A stretch of DNA of 63,217 nucleotides, the filler included, from an uncultured bacterium (GTDB taxonomy: Bacteria; DYJV01): assembly GCA_964543655.1 (NCBI GenBank). It is 4 parts of 4 records of this genome, joined end to end, with 100 filler letters (N's around TTAATTAATTAA, not from the genome) between each part and the next. Parts side by side here need not be neighbours in the genome. Positions count along the whole stretch, not along the records: positions 22,964 to 49,316 come from CAZIZE010000037.1; positions 49,417 to 60,897 come from CAZIZE010000047.1; 2 more parts are not named here. One strand, written 5' to 3'. The notes beneath the pieces were generated by a model. That model was not told the origin of the DNA. It was given only the letters and a program-made list of their open reading frames with translations, and did no database searches. Shown here piece after piece: positions 41,190 to 51,168 of this stretch (position 1 is its first letter; every line of letters begins with the position of its first letter). The translations under genes were made by a program, and so were the position numbers.

Positions 41190-41847
41190 CTATCTCATCC
41201 ATTTTCTTTAAAATTTCATCTACAACCTGCTCCAAACTTTTATTTGAAGTATCAATATAAAAAGCATCTTCTGCTTTTTTCAGAGGAGCAATATCTCTTG
41301 ATGAGTCATTTTTATCTCTCTCTTTTATTTCTTTTAAAATTGTGTCAAAATCAACATTTTCTCCTTTTTCTCTTAATTCTTCAAATCTCCTTTTTGCCCT
41401 AACTTCATCAGAGGCATCAAGGTAAAATTTATACTTTGCATCAGGAAAGATAACAGTGCCTATATCTCTCCCTTCTAAAATAGCTTTCTGCTTTAATCCT
41501 ATTTCTCTTTGTAATGAGCCAAGGTGCTTTCTAACAACTTCTTTTTTTGAAATATCAGATGCAAGCATACTAACTCTGTTTTCATAAATTTTATCAGTAA
41601 AGTCCTGGTTATTAAAAAAAATTCTACCATTTTTAAAAAAAATTTTATCTTTTATTTCAGTGCATAACTTGTCAAGTTCATTATTATTATTGAAAATCCC
41701 TTTTTCATGTGCAAGTAAGCCCACAAGCCTATACATTGCACCTGTGCTAATATATTCATATCCTGTTTTTTCTGCAAGAATTTTCGAAATACTACTTTTC
41801 CCGGCTCCAGATGGGCCATCTATTGCAATAACATCTACTTTTTTCAT
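41170..41847 (-). CDS. cmk: Cytidylate kinase
   Basis: IDGPSGAGKS, TGAMYR, EGRDIG, RDKNDSSR; ATG 41847 with AAGGAG SD. Confidence 0.96.
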   Translation of the reverse strand: MKKVDVIAIDGPSGAGKSSISKILAEKTGYEYISTGAMYRLVGLLAHEKGIFNNNNELDKLCTEIKDKIFFKNGRIFFNNQDFTDKIYENRVSMLASDISKKEVVRKHLGSLQREIGLKQKAILEGRDIGTVIFPDAKYKFYLDASDEVRAKRRFEELREKGENVDFDTILKEIKERDKNDSSRDIAPLKKAEDAFYIDTSNKSLEQVVDEILKKMDEIDGDFNS

Positions 41848-42950
41848 AAACACTCCTTTAAAACTGTATTGACTATTGATTGCAATGCATTAATAAATTT
41901 TCTATTTTCAGAGGAAGTTCCTATAGTAACTCTTAATGCATTTGAATAACCAAAACTTTTTAATGACCTGATAATAACACCCCTTTTTAAAAATTCTTCA
42001 AAAATTTTATCATTATCCTCTGAAGTTTCAAAAAAGATAAAATTAGTCTCACTTTCAATAAAAGGAATATTCAATTTTTGAAATTGTCTATAAAGGTAAA
42101 TTTTTTCATTAGCAATGTGATTTAAAACCTTATTTTTATGCTCTTCATCTTTCAATGCTTCCACAGCTGCTACTTGAGCAAAAGCATTTACATTGAAAGG
42201 CTGCCTAACTTTATTTAAAAATTCTATAATTGTCTTATTTGCAATTCCATAACCTATTCTTAAAGATGCAAGGCCATACAACTTAGAGAAGGTTCTCAAT
42301 ATTAATAGATTTTTATTGGGAAATTTTTTTATTAAATCAATTGCTCCATACTTTTCTTTTGAAAACTCAATATATGCTTCATCAATAACAAGGAGGATAT
42401 TATCTGGGATTTTTTTAAAAAAATTTTCAAGCTCAGAAAGAGATAGGGCAGTTCCTGTTGGATTATTGGGATTACAAATTATGATTATTTTTGTGGTACT
42501 ATCTATTTTAGTATAAATTGCATTTAAATCAAAAGTATTATTTTTTAAGGGAACTTCAAGATATTTACCATTTGTAGTTGCACAGCAAATTTTATAAAAA
42601 GAGAAAGTTGGAGAACAAGATATAACCTTTTCTCCCTTACCTAAAAATGTCCTGTAACATAACTCTATTATTTCATTTGAGCCATTTCCAATTATCAAAT
42701 TTTCTGGTGTAATATTTAATTTTGCTGATAAAACTTTTTTAAGCTCTGTGCAGTTGCCATCAGGGTAAATATAAGGTGATTTTGATAGTTCTTGCAAAGC
42801 CTTAACCACCCTCTCTGATGGAGTGTATGAATTTTCATTTGATGCAAGTTTAATTAAATTGCTAAGGTTATACTTCCTTTTGACTTCATCAATACTCATA
42901 CCTGCTCTGTATGGCTTAAGATTTTCAATATTTATTGATGGCTTTAACAT
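41844..42950 (-). CDS. hisC: Histidinol-phosphate aminotransferase
   Basis: KLASNEN, GNGSNE, NPNNPTG, DEAY, RTFSKLYGLA. Confidence 0.93.
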   Translation of the reverse strand: MLKPSINIENLKPYRAGMSIDEVKRKYNLSNLIKLASNENSYTPSERVVKALQELSKSPYIYPDGNCTELKKVLSAKLNITPENLIIGNGSNEIIELCYRTFLGKGEKVISCSPTFSFYKICCATTNGKYLEVPLKNNTFDLNAIYTKIDSTTKIIIICNPNNPTGTALSLSELENFFKKIPDNILLVIDEAYIEFSKEKYGAIDLIKKFPNKNLLILRTFSKLYGLASLRIGYGIANKTIIEFLNKVRQPFNVNAFAQVAAVEALKDEEHKNKVLNHIANEKIYLYRQFQKLNIPFIESETNFIFFETSEDNDKIFEEFLKRGVIIRSLKSFGYSNALRVTIGTSSENRKFINALQSIVNTVLKECL

Positions 42951-42952
42951 TG

Positions 42953-43882
42953 CTATTCCTCTAAATTTTCAAGATATGTTTTTACACTGTTTGCTGCTAT
43001 TGCGCCATCTCCAACTGCTGTTGCTATCTGTCTGAGAGTTTTTATTGTCACATCACCAGCAGCAAAGCAACCATCAACATTTGTTTTTTTCTCATTATCT
43101 GTAATAATGTATCCTGACTTATCTGTTTCAATAAAACCATTTAAAAACTCTGTGTTTGGAGATAAGCCTACAAATACAAATACTCCATCTATTTTTAACT
43201 CTCTGATTTCACCTGTATCTTTCTCCTTAATGGTAATTGATTCAACACCCTGATTACTACCATTAATTGAAACTGGAATGTAATTTAAAATGGTTTCAAT
43301 CTTTTCATTTGCAAAAACTCTTTCCTGATAAATTTTGTCAGCTCTAAATTCTTTTCTTCTATGAATAAGATAAACTTTATTTACAAATTTTGTAAGAAAA
43401 ATAGCTTCATCAAGAGCTGAATTGCCTCCTCCTATAACAGCAACAACTTTATCTTTGAAAAAAGCTCCATCACAGGTTGCACAATATGAAACACCTTTTC
43501 CAGCAAACTCTTTTTCTCCTGGAATGCCAATGTTTTTATATTTTGCACCTGTGGCAATAATTAAAGCTCTGCTATTGAAAACTTCATTAATCGTTGAAAG
43601 AGTAAAAATACCCTTCTCCTTTTTAATTTCCTTAACCTCAACTCCTGTTTTTATTTCTGCGCCAAATTTTTTAGCCTGTCTTTCAAAATTATTCATTAAT
43701 AGAAACCCATTAATTGGCTCAACAAAACCAGGATAATTCTCTACCTCAGCAGTAACAGTAACTTGACCACCAACTATCATCTTTTCCAGAATTAAAGTTT
43801 TTAATTTTGCTCTTGATGTGTAAATTGCAGAAGTGAGCCCAGCAGGTCCAGAACCTATTATTATTACATCATATATTTCCAT
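42953..43882 (-). CDS. trxB: Thioredoxin reductase
   Basis: GSGPAG, CATC, GGGNSA, HRR. Confidence 0.96.
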   Translation of the reverse strand: MEIYDVIIIGSGPAGLTSAIYTSRAKLKTLILEKMIVGGQVTVTAEVENYPGFVEPINGFLLMNNFERQAKKFGAEIKTGVEVKEIKKEKGIFTLSTINEVFNSRALIIATGAKYKNIGIPGEKEFAGKGVSYCATCDGAFFKDKVVAVIGGGNSALDEAIFLTKFVNKVYLIHRRKEFRADKIYQERVFANEKIETILNYIPVSINGSNQGVESITIKEKDTGEIRELKIDGVFVFVGLSPNTEFLNGFIETDKSGYIITDNEKKTNVDGCFAAGDVTIKTLRQIATAVGDGAIAANSVKTYLENLEE

Positions 43883-46745
43883 TTATTCCCTCCACTACTT
43901 TGTTAAAAATTTTTCTAATGTTCTCTTTCGCATTGATTATATTGTTAATTTCATCTTTATTGAAAAGATTGTTATTTTGCAAATTAATTTTATCAGTGTG
44001 AGATTCAGAATGCATTCTAATTATATTTTCAATACTCCTTAAGTAAAGATAATTACTGTATAAATTTTCAAAATATTCATCTTCTAAAATACCCTTTTCT
44101 TTTAGCAAAATAAGGTTATCAATTGTGTTACCATTATTATAAACTATCTTATTTTTTAACATTAATATTTGAACAAGGAACTCAACATCAATTATCCCAC
44201 CTTTTCCACTTTTAATGTCTATTATTTTATCTGTCTCCTTTGCTTCTTCTAACTCTATCCTTTTTCTAATACGTAAAATCTCTTTTATATCGTTAAAAGT
44301 TATATCCTTTTTCAATATAACTTTTTTTATAAATTCTAAAGTTTTTTTTGAAAATTTTTCATTACCTGCTACAGACCTTGCTTTTAAAAGAGCTTGCAAT
44401 TCCCATATTGCAGAACTTTTGTTATGATATTCTTTAAATGCATCAAAAGTTGTTACAAGGGTTCCAGAGTTGCCAGATGGCCTTAATCTCGTATCTATTT
44501 CATACATTATTCCATTTCTTGTTCTAATGGAAATAAATGATATTAATCTTTGGAGAAATCTTGAAAAATACTCAATGCAATTTATCCCTTTTTCAGAATT
44601 AATATTTTTTTCAATTATCAGAACAATATCAAGATCAGAGGAGAAATTTAATTCTCTGCTACCAAATTTTCCAAGGGCAATTATTGTAACTTCGGAAAAT
44701 ATTTTACCATACTTTTTTTCAAATTCAGCTTTTACAATCTGAAAACTCTTTTCAAAAAGGGAATCAGCAAGATAGGTTAGCTGTAATAATAATTCTTTTA
44801 TTTCGATCTTTTTATTTAGGAAGTGCAACCCAAGCCTAAGATGCTCTTTTTGTTTATAAATTCTCAAATTTTCAAGAATATCTTCATAAGTTAGAGAATT
44901 CTTAACAATATTGTCAATTTCATCTACAAATTCATTTTTACTTTTATTTATTTTAAAAAAATCTGTAAAAAATATTTCCTCAAAAATCTCTTTATATTTC
45001 AAAATAATATTAGATAAATATACACTTTTTGAAAAAATATTCATAAGAATTTCTATGGCAATTCTATTTTTTAATAGGAATGAAATATATCCTGAGTTAA
45101 ATTTTATTTTATCCATTAAGTTTACAAAATTAATTAATATTGTCTCTCTATTAATGAACATATTAATGGATTTGAAAATATAGGAAAAGATTTCCTTGAT
45201 TTTATCTTCATTTTCCTCTGGAATAGAATTGAAAAAATTAAATAAAAGAGAAACAACAGATTCATCTAAATTCAAATTTTCTAAAATATTTGTAAGCTCT
45301 TCTTTACTTGAAAAATTTATAGAATCTATGTGGTTATTTTTTACTTCTAAATCTTTAAATTTTATAAAATTATTAAAAATATTATGAACTTTTTCTCTAA
45401 TTTCTAATTGATATTTAATAAAGTAATTTATGTCTTTAAATCCAAAAAAATCAGCAATTATTTTCATTTCATTAATATTTTCAGGTAAAGAATGTGATTG
45501 CTTTTCATGAAAAATCTGAATTTTATGCTCAAGGATTCTCAAAAATTTATATGCAAAAATTAAAAGCTCTATTTGAGCTGCACTCAAAATTTTGTATTTT
45601 TTTATAATTTTGAAAAATTTTAAACAGTTCTTCTCTCTAATATCAATGTATTTCCCACCAAAAATCAACTGAATAGCCTGCATAATAAATTCAATTTCCC
45701 TTATTCCACCAATACCAAGCTTAATATTATTACTATAAGCATCTTTTTTTATAGATTTGTTAATTTTTTCTTTCATCTGGAAGATTTCTTCTGCAACTCT
45801 AAAATCAAGGTGTCTTCTATAAATAAATGGTTTTAGTTCATTTAAAAAAGCTTCTCCTTTTGAAATATTTCCTGCTATAGGACGAGCTTTGAGCAAAACT
45901 CCTCTTTCCCATAATCTTCCAAAATTTTCATAATAAAAAGTGGCATTTTCAATATCCATTGCAATGGGACCATTGATTCCATCTGGCCTTAATCTGAGGT
46001 CAACTCTAAAAACAAAACCATCTTCTGTTATATCGTTGATAAGTTTAGTTAATGTTTCAAAGAAATTTATATAAACATGCTTGAGATTCTCCTTTTCATT
46101 TATATAGAGATAAATAAGATCTATATCTGAAGAAAAGTTAAGTTCCTTACCGGCAAGTTTGCCCATACCAAGAATTATTATTGTATCAATGTCTATCTGT
46201 TTAAAATAATTTTTTGATAACCAATCAATAGAATATTCTACAAAAGCAGCTGCAAGCTCTGATAATTGAAAGGTTATCTGTTCAAGATGCATAATTTTGC
46301 AAATATCTTGAGAGCCTATTCTCAGGAATTCCTGCTGTTTAAAAATTCGAAGAGACTTTTTTAAAGAAGAAATATTTTTTGAGTTTGAGCAATGCACTTT
46401 TAACTCAGAAACAAATTTATCTTTGTCTTTTACAACAGTTAAATTCTTTTCAATAAAAAGATAGTTAAGTAGTTTATCACAATTTTTTGAAATAATTTGA
46501 GTTAAGAAAGGTGAGAAAGAAGCTATTTTTACAAGGTATTTAATAATCTCTCTATTCAAACTAAAAGATTCAACTTTGCTTAAAATTTTTTCAATATTCA
46601 GCAGCGTAAAATCAGGAACAGCAGTTCTATCAATTTCATTTAAAATTAGTGAAAAAATATCAGGGTACATGGATTGTAAAGAGTTTAAAAGATAAATATT
46701 GGTACTATTAATTGATAGGTTATGTTTTTTAAGTATTTTTTCCAT
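43869..46745 (-). CDS. glnE: Glutamine synthetase adenylyltransferase
   Basis: Two NT domains GKxxxxELNFSSDxD, DxRLRPxG, GGIxxxEF. Confidence 0.92.
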   Translation of the reverse strand: MEKILKKHNLSINSTNIYLLNSLQSMYPDIFSLILNEIDRTAVPDFTLLNIEKILSKVESFSLNREIIKYLVKIASFSPFLTQIISKNCDKLLNYLFIEKNLTVVKDKDKFVSELKVHCSNSKNISSLKKSLRIFKQQEFLRIGSQDICKIMHLEQITFQLSELAAAFVEYSIDWLSKNYFKQIDIDTIIILGMGKLAGKELNFSSDIDLIYLYINEKENLKHVYINFFETLTKLINDITEDGFVFRVDLRLRPDGINGPIAMDIENATFYYENFGRLWERGVLLKARPIAGNISKGEAFLNELKPFIYRRHLDFRVAEEIFQMKEKINKSIKKDAYSNNIKLGIGGIREIEFIMQAIQLIFGGKYIDIREKNCLKFFKIIKKYKILSAAQIELLIFAYKFLRILEHKIQIFHEKQSHSLPENINEMKIIADFFGFKDINYFIKYQLEIREKVHNIFNNFIKFKDLEVKNNHIDSINFSSKEELTNILENLNLDESVVSLLFNFFNSIPEENEDKIKEIFSYIFKSINMFINRETILINFVNLMDKIKFNSGYISFLLKNRIAIEILMNIFSKSVYLSNIILKYKEIFEEIFFTDFFKINKSKNEFVDEIDNIVKNSLTYEDILENLRIYKQKEHLRLGLHFLNKKIEIKELLLQLTYLADSLFEKSFQIVKAEFEKKYGKIFSEVTIIALGKFGSRELNFSSDLDIVLIIEKNINSEKGINCIEYFSRFLQRLISFISIRTRNGIMYEIDTRLRPSGNSGTLVTTFDAFKEYHNKSSAIWELQALLKARSVAGNEKFSKKTLEFIKKVILKKDITFNDIKEILRIRKRIELEEAKETDKIIDIKSGKGGIIDVEFLVQILMLKNKIVYNNGNTIDNLILLKEKGILEDEYFENLYSNYLYLRSIENIIRMHSESHTDKINLQNNNLFNKDEINNIINAKENIRKIFNKVVEGINGNI

Positions 46746-47592
46746 ACAATATTACCAACCCTCCTGACAAAACTATTAAAATCCCACCAAATAATGTGAA
46801 AAATGATGGTATTTGCTCTAAAAAAATTATACCAAGCAATATAGAGCAAGCAACTTCTGTATATCCTAAAAGCCCTGCAAATTGAGCTTTAACACCTTGC
46901 AGGCCTTTTAAATAAAGTAAAGGTGCTATAAATGAGTGAGTAATTCCAACTAAAATTATTAGAAAAAATAAGTTAAAATTCAAATTAAACAGATCTGTTT
47001 TAAAAATCAAAGCAGCTAAAACAAATATAGAAGTAAAAATTCCCTGATAAAACATGAAAACAATGTAATTTATTCTACTAATAACAGATTTGGCAATAAC
47101 AACAGAGAGCCCATAGCAAATTGCTGAAATTACACCAAGAATAATACCATAAATATCATATTTTTGTATAGTAATATTTTCATCTGGCAGGAAAATAAAG
47201 AACATACCTACTATAGCAATGATGAGAGCTATTATTGTAACTTTTTCTATTTTTTCATGCAAAATAAAAATTGAAAAAATAGATACAAAAATTGGCGCAA
47301 GGTAGTGTGAAAAAATAGCATTTGAAATTGAGGTAAATTTATATGCATAAAAAAAAGTAATAGCATTAGTTAAAAAAAGTATAGTTGTAAAAAAAATAAC
47401 AGGTAAAAATTTTTTATTTAGAGCTATATCTACCTTTCTAACAAAAATATATGAAGTTATTAAAATAAACCCAATAGATGTTGTTAAAAGAGTAAAGATT
47501 ATGGGATTTATGCTAACTTTATTTAAAATAACACCGTAACTACTCCATATTAAAAATGAGATGATAATAAAGATATAATTAAGCAATTTCAA
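46729..47592 (-). CDS. DMT/EamA family transporter
   Basis: About 10 TM helices in two repeats; APIF, LHEK. Confidence 0.85.
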   Translation of the reverse strand: MKLLNYIFIIISFLIWSSYGVILNKVSINPIIFTLLTTSIGFILITSYIFVRKVDIALNKKFLPVIFFTTILFLTNAITFFYAYKFTSISNAIFSHYLAPIFVSIFSIFILHEKIEKVTIIALIIAIVGMFFIFLPDENITIQKYDIYGIILGVISAICYGLSVVIAKSVISRINYIVFMFYQGIFTSIFVLAALIFKTDLFNLNFNLFFLIILVGITHSFIAPLLYLKGLQGVKAQFAGLLGYTEVACSILLGIIFLEQIPSFFTLFGGILIVLSGGLVILYGKNT

Positions 47593-47664
47593 TCCTTAAT
47601 AATTGTAATGAAAAGGTTTATAATCATCTTTGAAATAAAATTCAAGAAAATTATTTTTAATTTC

Positions 47665-47680
47665 TGGCATAAATTTTGAC
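47665..47680 (+). promoter_or_regulatory. Putative sigma54 (-24/-12) promoter
   Basis: TGGCAT-N5-TTGA versus consensus TGGCAC-N5-TTGC, upstream of flagellar genes. Confidence 0.5.
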
Positions 47681-47702
47681 AAGTATTACTCAGGAGGAAA
47701 AA

Positions 47703-48191
47703 ATGGCACTAAAAAAAATTTTTATACTTTTTATATTTTTATCCATGAGTATGCCATTATTTGCTGGTAATAAAGCAATTAAAGATGATCAGCTCCAGAG
47801 CATAAAAGAGGAGCATCAGAGACTTTTGCAATGGGAAAAGGAATTGCAGCAAAAAGAGGACAGGTTAAAAAAGATAGAGCTTAATATTATAGAGGAAGAG
47901 TCAAAGTTAAAAAGTTTAAAAACTGAAATTTCAAATATTTATAAAAAGATTAAAACTATTCAAGATGCAAATGTTACTGAACTTGCAACAATTTATTCCA
48001 AAATGAAGCCAAATGAAGCATCTCAAATTGTTAGTAGAATGGACGTTGATCTTGCTGTTAAAATATTCTTAAAAATGAAGCCAAATAAAATTGCTAAAAT
48101 ATTAAATTTATTGGATAGAGGTAAAGCAGTTAAAATTACAGAGAAATTAGCTCTTTATGGTGTTAATATTAATCCTGGAGGTAACAAATGA
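47703..48191 (+). CDS. MotE/FlbB-like flagellar protein (coiled coil + MgtE_N-like domain)
   Basis: Signal peptide, coiled coil, LATIYSKMKPNEAS..MD...KMKP...AKIL; ATG 47703 with AGGAGG SD. Confidence 0.75.
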   Translation: MALKKIFILFIFLSMSMPLFAGNKAIKDDQLQSIKEEHQRLLQWEKELQQKEDRLKKIELNIIEEESKLKSLKTEISNIYKKIKTIQDANVTELATIYSKMKPNEASQIVSRMDVDLAVKIFLKMKPNKIAKILNLLDRGKAVKITEKLALYGVNINPGGNK

Positions 48192-49316
48192 GTTTAGTTC
48201 AATTACCGTTACCGGCTAATAATTTTAATTTTGAAAGTGGAAATATAGTGAAAACTTCCACTGAAAAAAAATCTATTTCTGAAAAGGTAAATGGAACCAA
48301 AAAGAAGGAAAATTTTTCCTCGTATCTTGAAAATGAGAAAAAGCCCACAGATAAAAAAATATCTGATAGTCCTGAAAAAAAACAAGATGCAGATATAATT
48401 AACTCAAAAAGCATGAAACATGAAAAAGAAGAAAAAATAGTAAAAGAAGGTGAAAATATTAAAAATAAAACTCAGAAAAAGAAAAACAATAAAAGAAAAA
48501 GTAACAATGCATTTACTGTTGTGAATAATATTCCTCATTTAGAAGATGCCAAAGATAATAAAATTAAGAAGAAAAATTTAAAAGAATTTCAGAATGCTAT
48601 ACTGGAGAGTGAAGAAAAACAGAAAAAGAACCCTAAAATAGCTGAAAAATTTTTAAATATATTAAAAACAGACAGTAAAGAAAAAAGTAAAATAATTGTA
48701 CCAAAAAGTGACAAGAAAGAGAATGTTGATATATCGGATGGGAAAGAGAATAAAAATTTAAAAAACTTTTTAAATACTATTTCCAAAAGTGAAAAAAGTC
48801 AGAAAAAAGATTTAAAACTTGCAGAAAGTTTTTTTAATTCCATAAATAATTCAAAAATATCTAAATTAGATAAAGAGAAAAACACAAATACCAAAAATAC
48901 CAAAATAAAAAAAGTTAATATAGCTCAAAATAAAGAACATAAAAAAGATAAATTACAATTTCCATCTAATATTTTTGAAGATAAAAAAGAAATTAAAAGT
49001 AATAAAAAAAATATACCTGAAATTTCAGACTCAAATAAAATAGAGAATAAATCACCAAAGCATATATCTAATAAACTAATTGATAATAAAAAGATAAAAT
49101 TCACTTTTAAACAAACAAAAGATGTTGAAGAAAAAATTAATGATAAATCAGAGGTTCTAAACAAAAAAATTAATTTAAAAAATTTTAAAGCAGAAAATAA
49201 CAACGATAATATATTAAATAAACTTCAAACAATTATTGAAAAGCACAATAAAAGTAAAGAGTTTAAAAATTCAAAAAATTTTGAGCAGAAAGATAACCAG
49301 TTTTCCAAAAATTTTA
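48188..49316 (+). CDS. Low-complexity K/N/E-rich protein, probable N-terminus of hook-length control protein FliK (truncated by gap)
   Basis: Open to contig end; coupled to the MotE-like gene; disordered composition; diagnostic C-terminal domain not visible. Confidence 0.5.
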
Positions 49317-49416
49317 NNNNNNNNNNNNNNNNNNNNNNNNNNNNNNNNNNNNNNNNNNNNTTAATTAATTAANNNNNNNNNNNNNNNNNNNNNNNNNNNN
49401 NNNNNNNNNNNNNNNN
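49317..49416. other. Artificial contig-joining linker
   Basis: N44-TTAATTAATTAA-N44. Confidence 0.97.
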
Positions 49417-49645
49417 TTCTATAACTATTTTGCAAAATAATACCTAATTTAAAATTATTAAAATCAACCTTTTTATTCAAAGGAGGGCACATATAATGTT
49501 TATTATAATTGCCACATTTATTTTCTCTACATTTATTAAATACATTTTCATCAATTAGCAAAATTTCAGGATCAAATCTTTTAACAACTGAAAAATATCT
49601 TTTACATAAACTACTGAAATTTACATCATTTTTCAAATCTTTCAT
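49417..49645 (-). CDS. DUF2284-like metal-binding protein, N-terminal part (truncated by gap)
   Basis: CRENKCGNYNKHYMCPP resembles the DUF2284 C-x4-C-x2-Y-x5-CPP pattern. Confidence 0.7.
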
Positions 49646-49668
49646 CTATAGCACCACTTTTGAATATT

Positions 49669-49857
49669 ATACAAAACCAAATGTAAAATCCAACAGCAAT
49701 TTATTATAAGCGTTCTTATATACCTTTTCATTTGAAATAACATCTATAATATTTTAAAAACTTTAAACTAATAACTAATAAACTAATAACTGATAACTGA
49801 TAACTATCATAGGGGCTTCAGCCCGAAAAATCTTTTGCTTCAGGGTTGTTTTTGTAT
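49669..49857. mobile_element. MITE-like element family B, copy 3
   Basis: TIRs ATACAAAACCAA / TTGTTTTTGTAT; inverted homologue of 206-378 with a longer AACTNAT heptamer array. Confidence 0.7.
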
Positions 49858-50022
49858 TACACATTATTACACTTTAATAACACAAAAACAATCTTGAGTT
49901 AAGAAAGATTTTCTGCTATAAACAATGCAAAAGAAAAAACATTATAACCATTTAGTTCTATATACTTACCCATTTTTTAAAAATTTTACTAATTTTTGAA
50001 AGCTTAATATTAAATAAAAAAA

Positions 50023-51051
50023 TCAAAATCTCATCCAAAATTTTGTTACAAAAAAGCCACCTACAATTAGCCAAATAAACATGATTAATGCAAGATAGAT
50101 TGGTTTCAATCCTACTCCTTTAAATTTTTCAATATTAGTTTCCATACCAAGTGCTGTCATAGCCATAGTTAGTGCAAATGTGTCAACTTTATTTATCTGT
50201 GCAACTAAAATCTCTGGAAGTAAATGAAAAGAATTAAAGCAAGCAACACCAATAAAAATAACTGCAAACCATGGAATTGTAACTTTCTTGCTATTGTTAC
50301 CATTACTTTTACCTTTGCTTTTCAGCCATAACCCTAAAATTATAAGAAAAGGAGCTATTAACATAACCCTTATCATTTTAACAATAACCGCATCAATTGC
50401 TGTAATTCCTCCAATTGCATTACTGGCAGCTACAACATGGGCAACTTCATGAACAGAGCCTCCAATATAAATTCCCTCTCCTACTGGAGAAATATGTACA
50501 AAACCAGCTCTGTAAAGGTAAGGATATAAAAACATTGCAATTGTACCAAAAAGCACAACAGTTGCTACAGCAATTGCACTTTTATATGGTTCAGATTCAA
50601 GCACTCCTTCTGTAGCAAGGACAGCTGCTGCACCACATATTGAACTACCTGAAGCTGTTAAGATTGAAGTTTCATAGTCAAGCTTTAATAATTTCGTGCC
50701 AGCTAAATATCCAATTATAAAGGTGAATGTTACCATTGTTATACTTGTTAGAATCCCAGGAATCCCTACAGCAATTATATTTTGCATTGTTAATCTAAAA
50801 CCATAAAAGATTATGGCTATTCTTAAAATTCTTTTGGTAGAAAAAATAATTCCTGACTCCCATTTTTCTGGAAATACATCTCTTAAAGTATTTGCATAAA
50901 TCATTCCAAGGATAATGCCAATTATTAAAGGACTAATGCCAAGATTTTTAAAAAAAGAAAATTTTGAGATAAATGTAGCACAGATTGAAAAAAGAGCAAC
51001 AAATAATACTCCGCTAATCTTATTTTTTAAATCTACATTAATCACGCTCAT
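50023..51051 (-). CDS. YeiH family putative sulfate/sulfite exporter
   Basis: LRIAIIFYGFRL, GSSICGAAAV, HEVAHVV, KMIRV, IPWF. Confidence 0.9.
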   Translation of the reverse strand: MSVINVDLKNKISGVLFVALFSICATFISKFSFFKNLGISPLIIGIILGMIYANTLRDVFPEKWESGIIFSTKRILRIAIIFYGFRLTMQNIIAVGIPGILTSITMVTFTFIIGYLAGTKLLKLDYETSILTASGSSICGAAAVLATEGVLESEPYKSAIAVATVVLFGTIAMFLYPYLYRAGFVHISPVGEGIYIGGSVHEVAHVVAASNAIGGITAIDAVIVKMIRVMLIAPFLIILGLWLKSKGKSNGNNSKKVTIPWFAVIFIGVACFNSFHLLPEILVAQINKVDTFALTMAMTALGMETNIEKFKGVGLKPIYLALIMFIWLIVGGFFVTKFWMRF

Positions 51052-51168
51052 AACAAATATTCTCCTATTCCATGATTGTCAAATTGAGAGGGTATTAGCA
51101 GAAGAGTTTTGATAAGTAAAATTGAAAAAACTGAATTATTATTTCAATTTTTTTTAATTGACAATAAT

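Noticed and set aside
48188..49316. Extreme A-rich composition as a sign of foreign DNA
   Set aside because: Explained by a Lys/Asn/Glu-rich disordered coding sequence.
51052..51168. Possible riboswitch upstream of the yeiH-like gene
   Set aside because: No recognisable riboswitch motif; only an AT-rich ATTGAAA/TTTCAAT dyad that could be a regulator site or chance.
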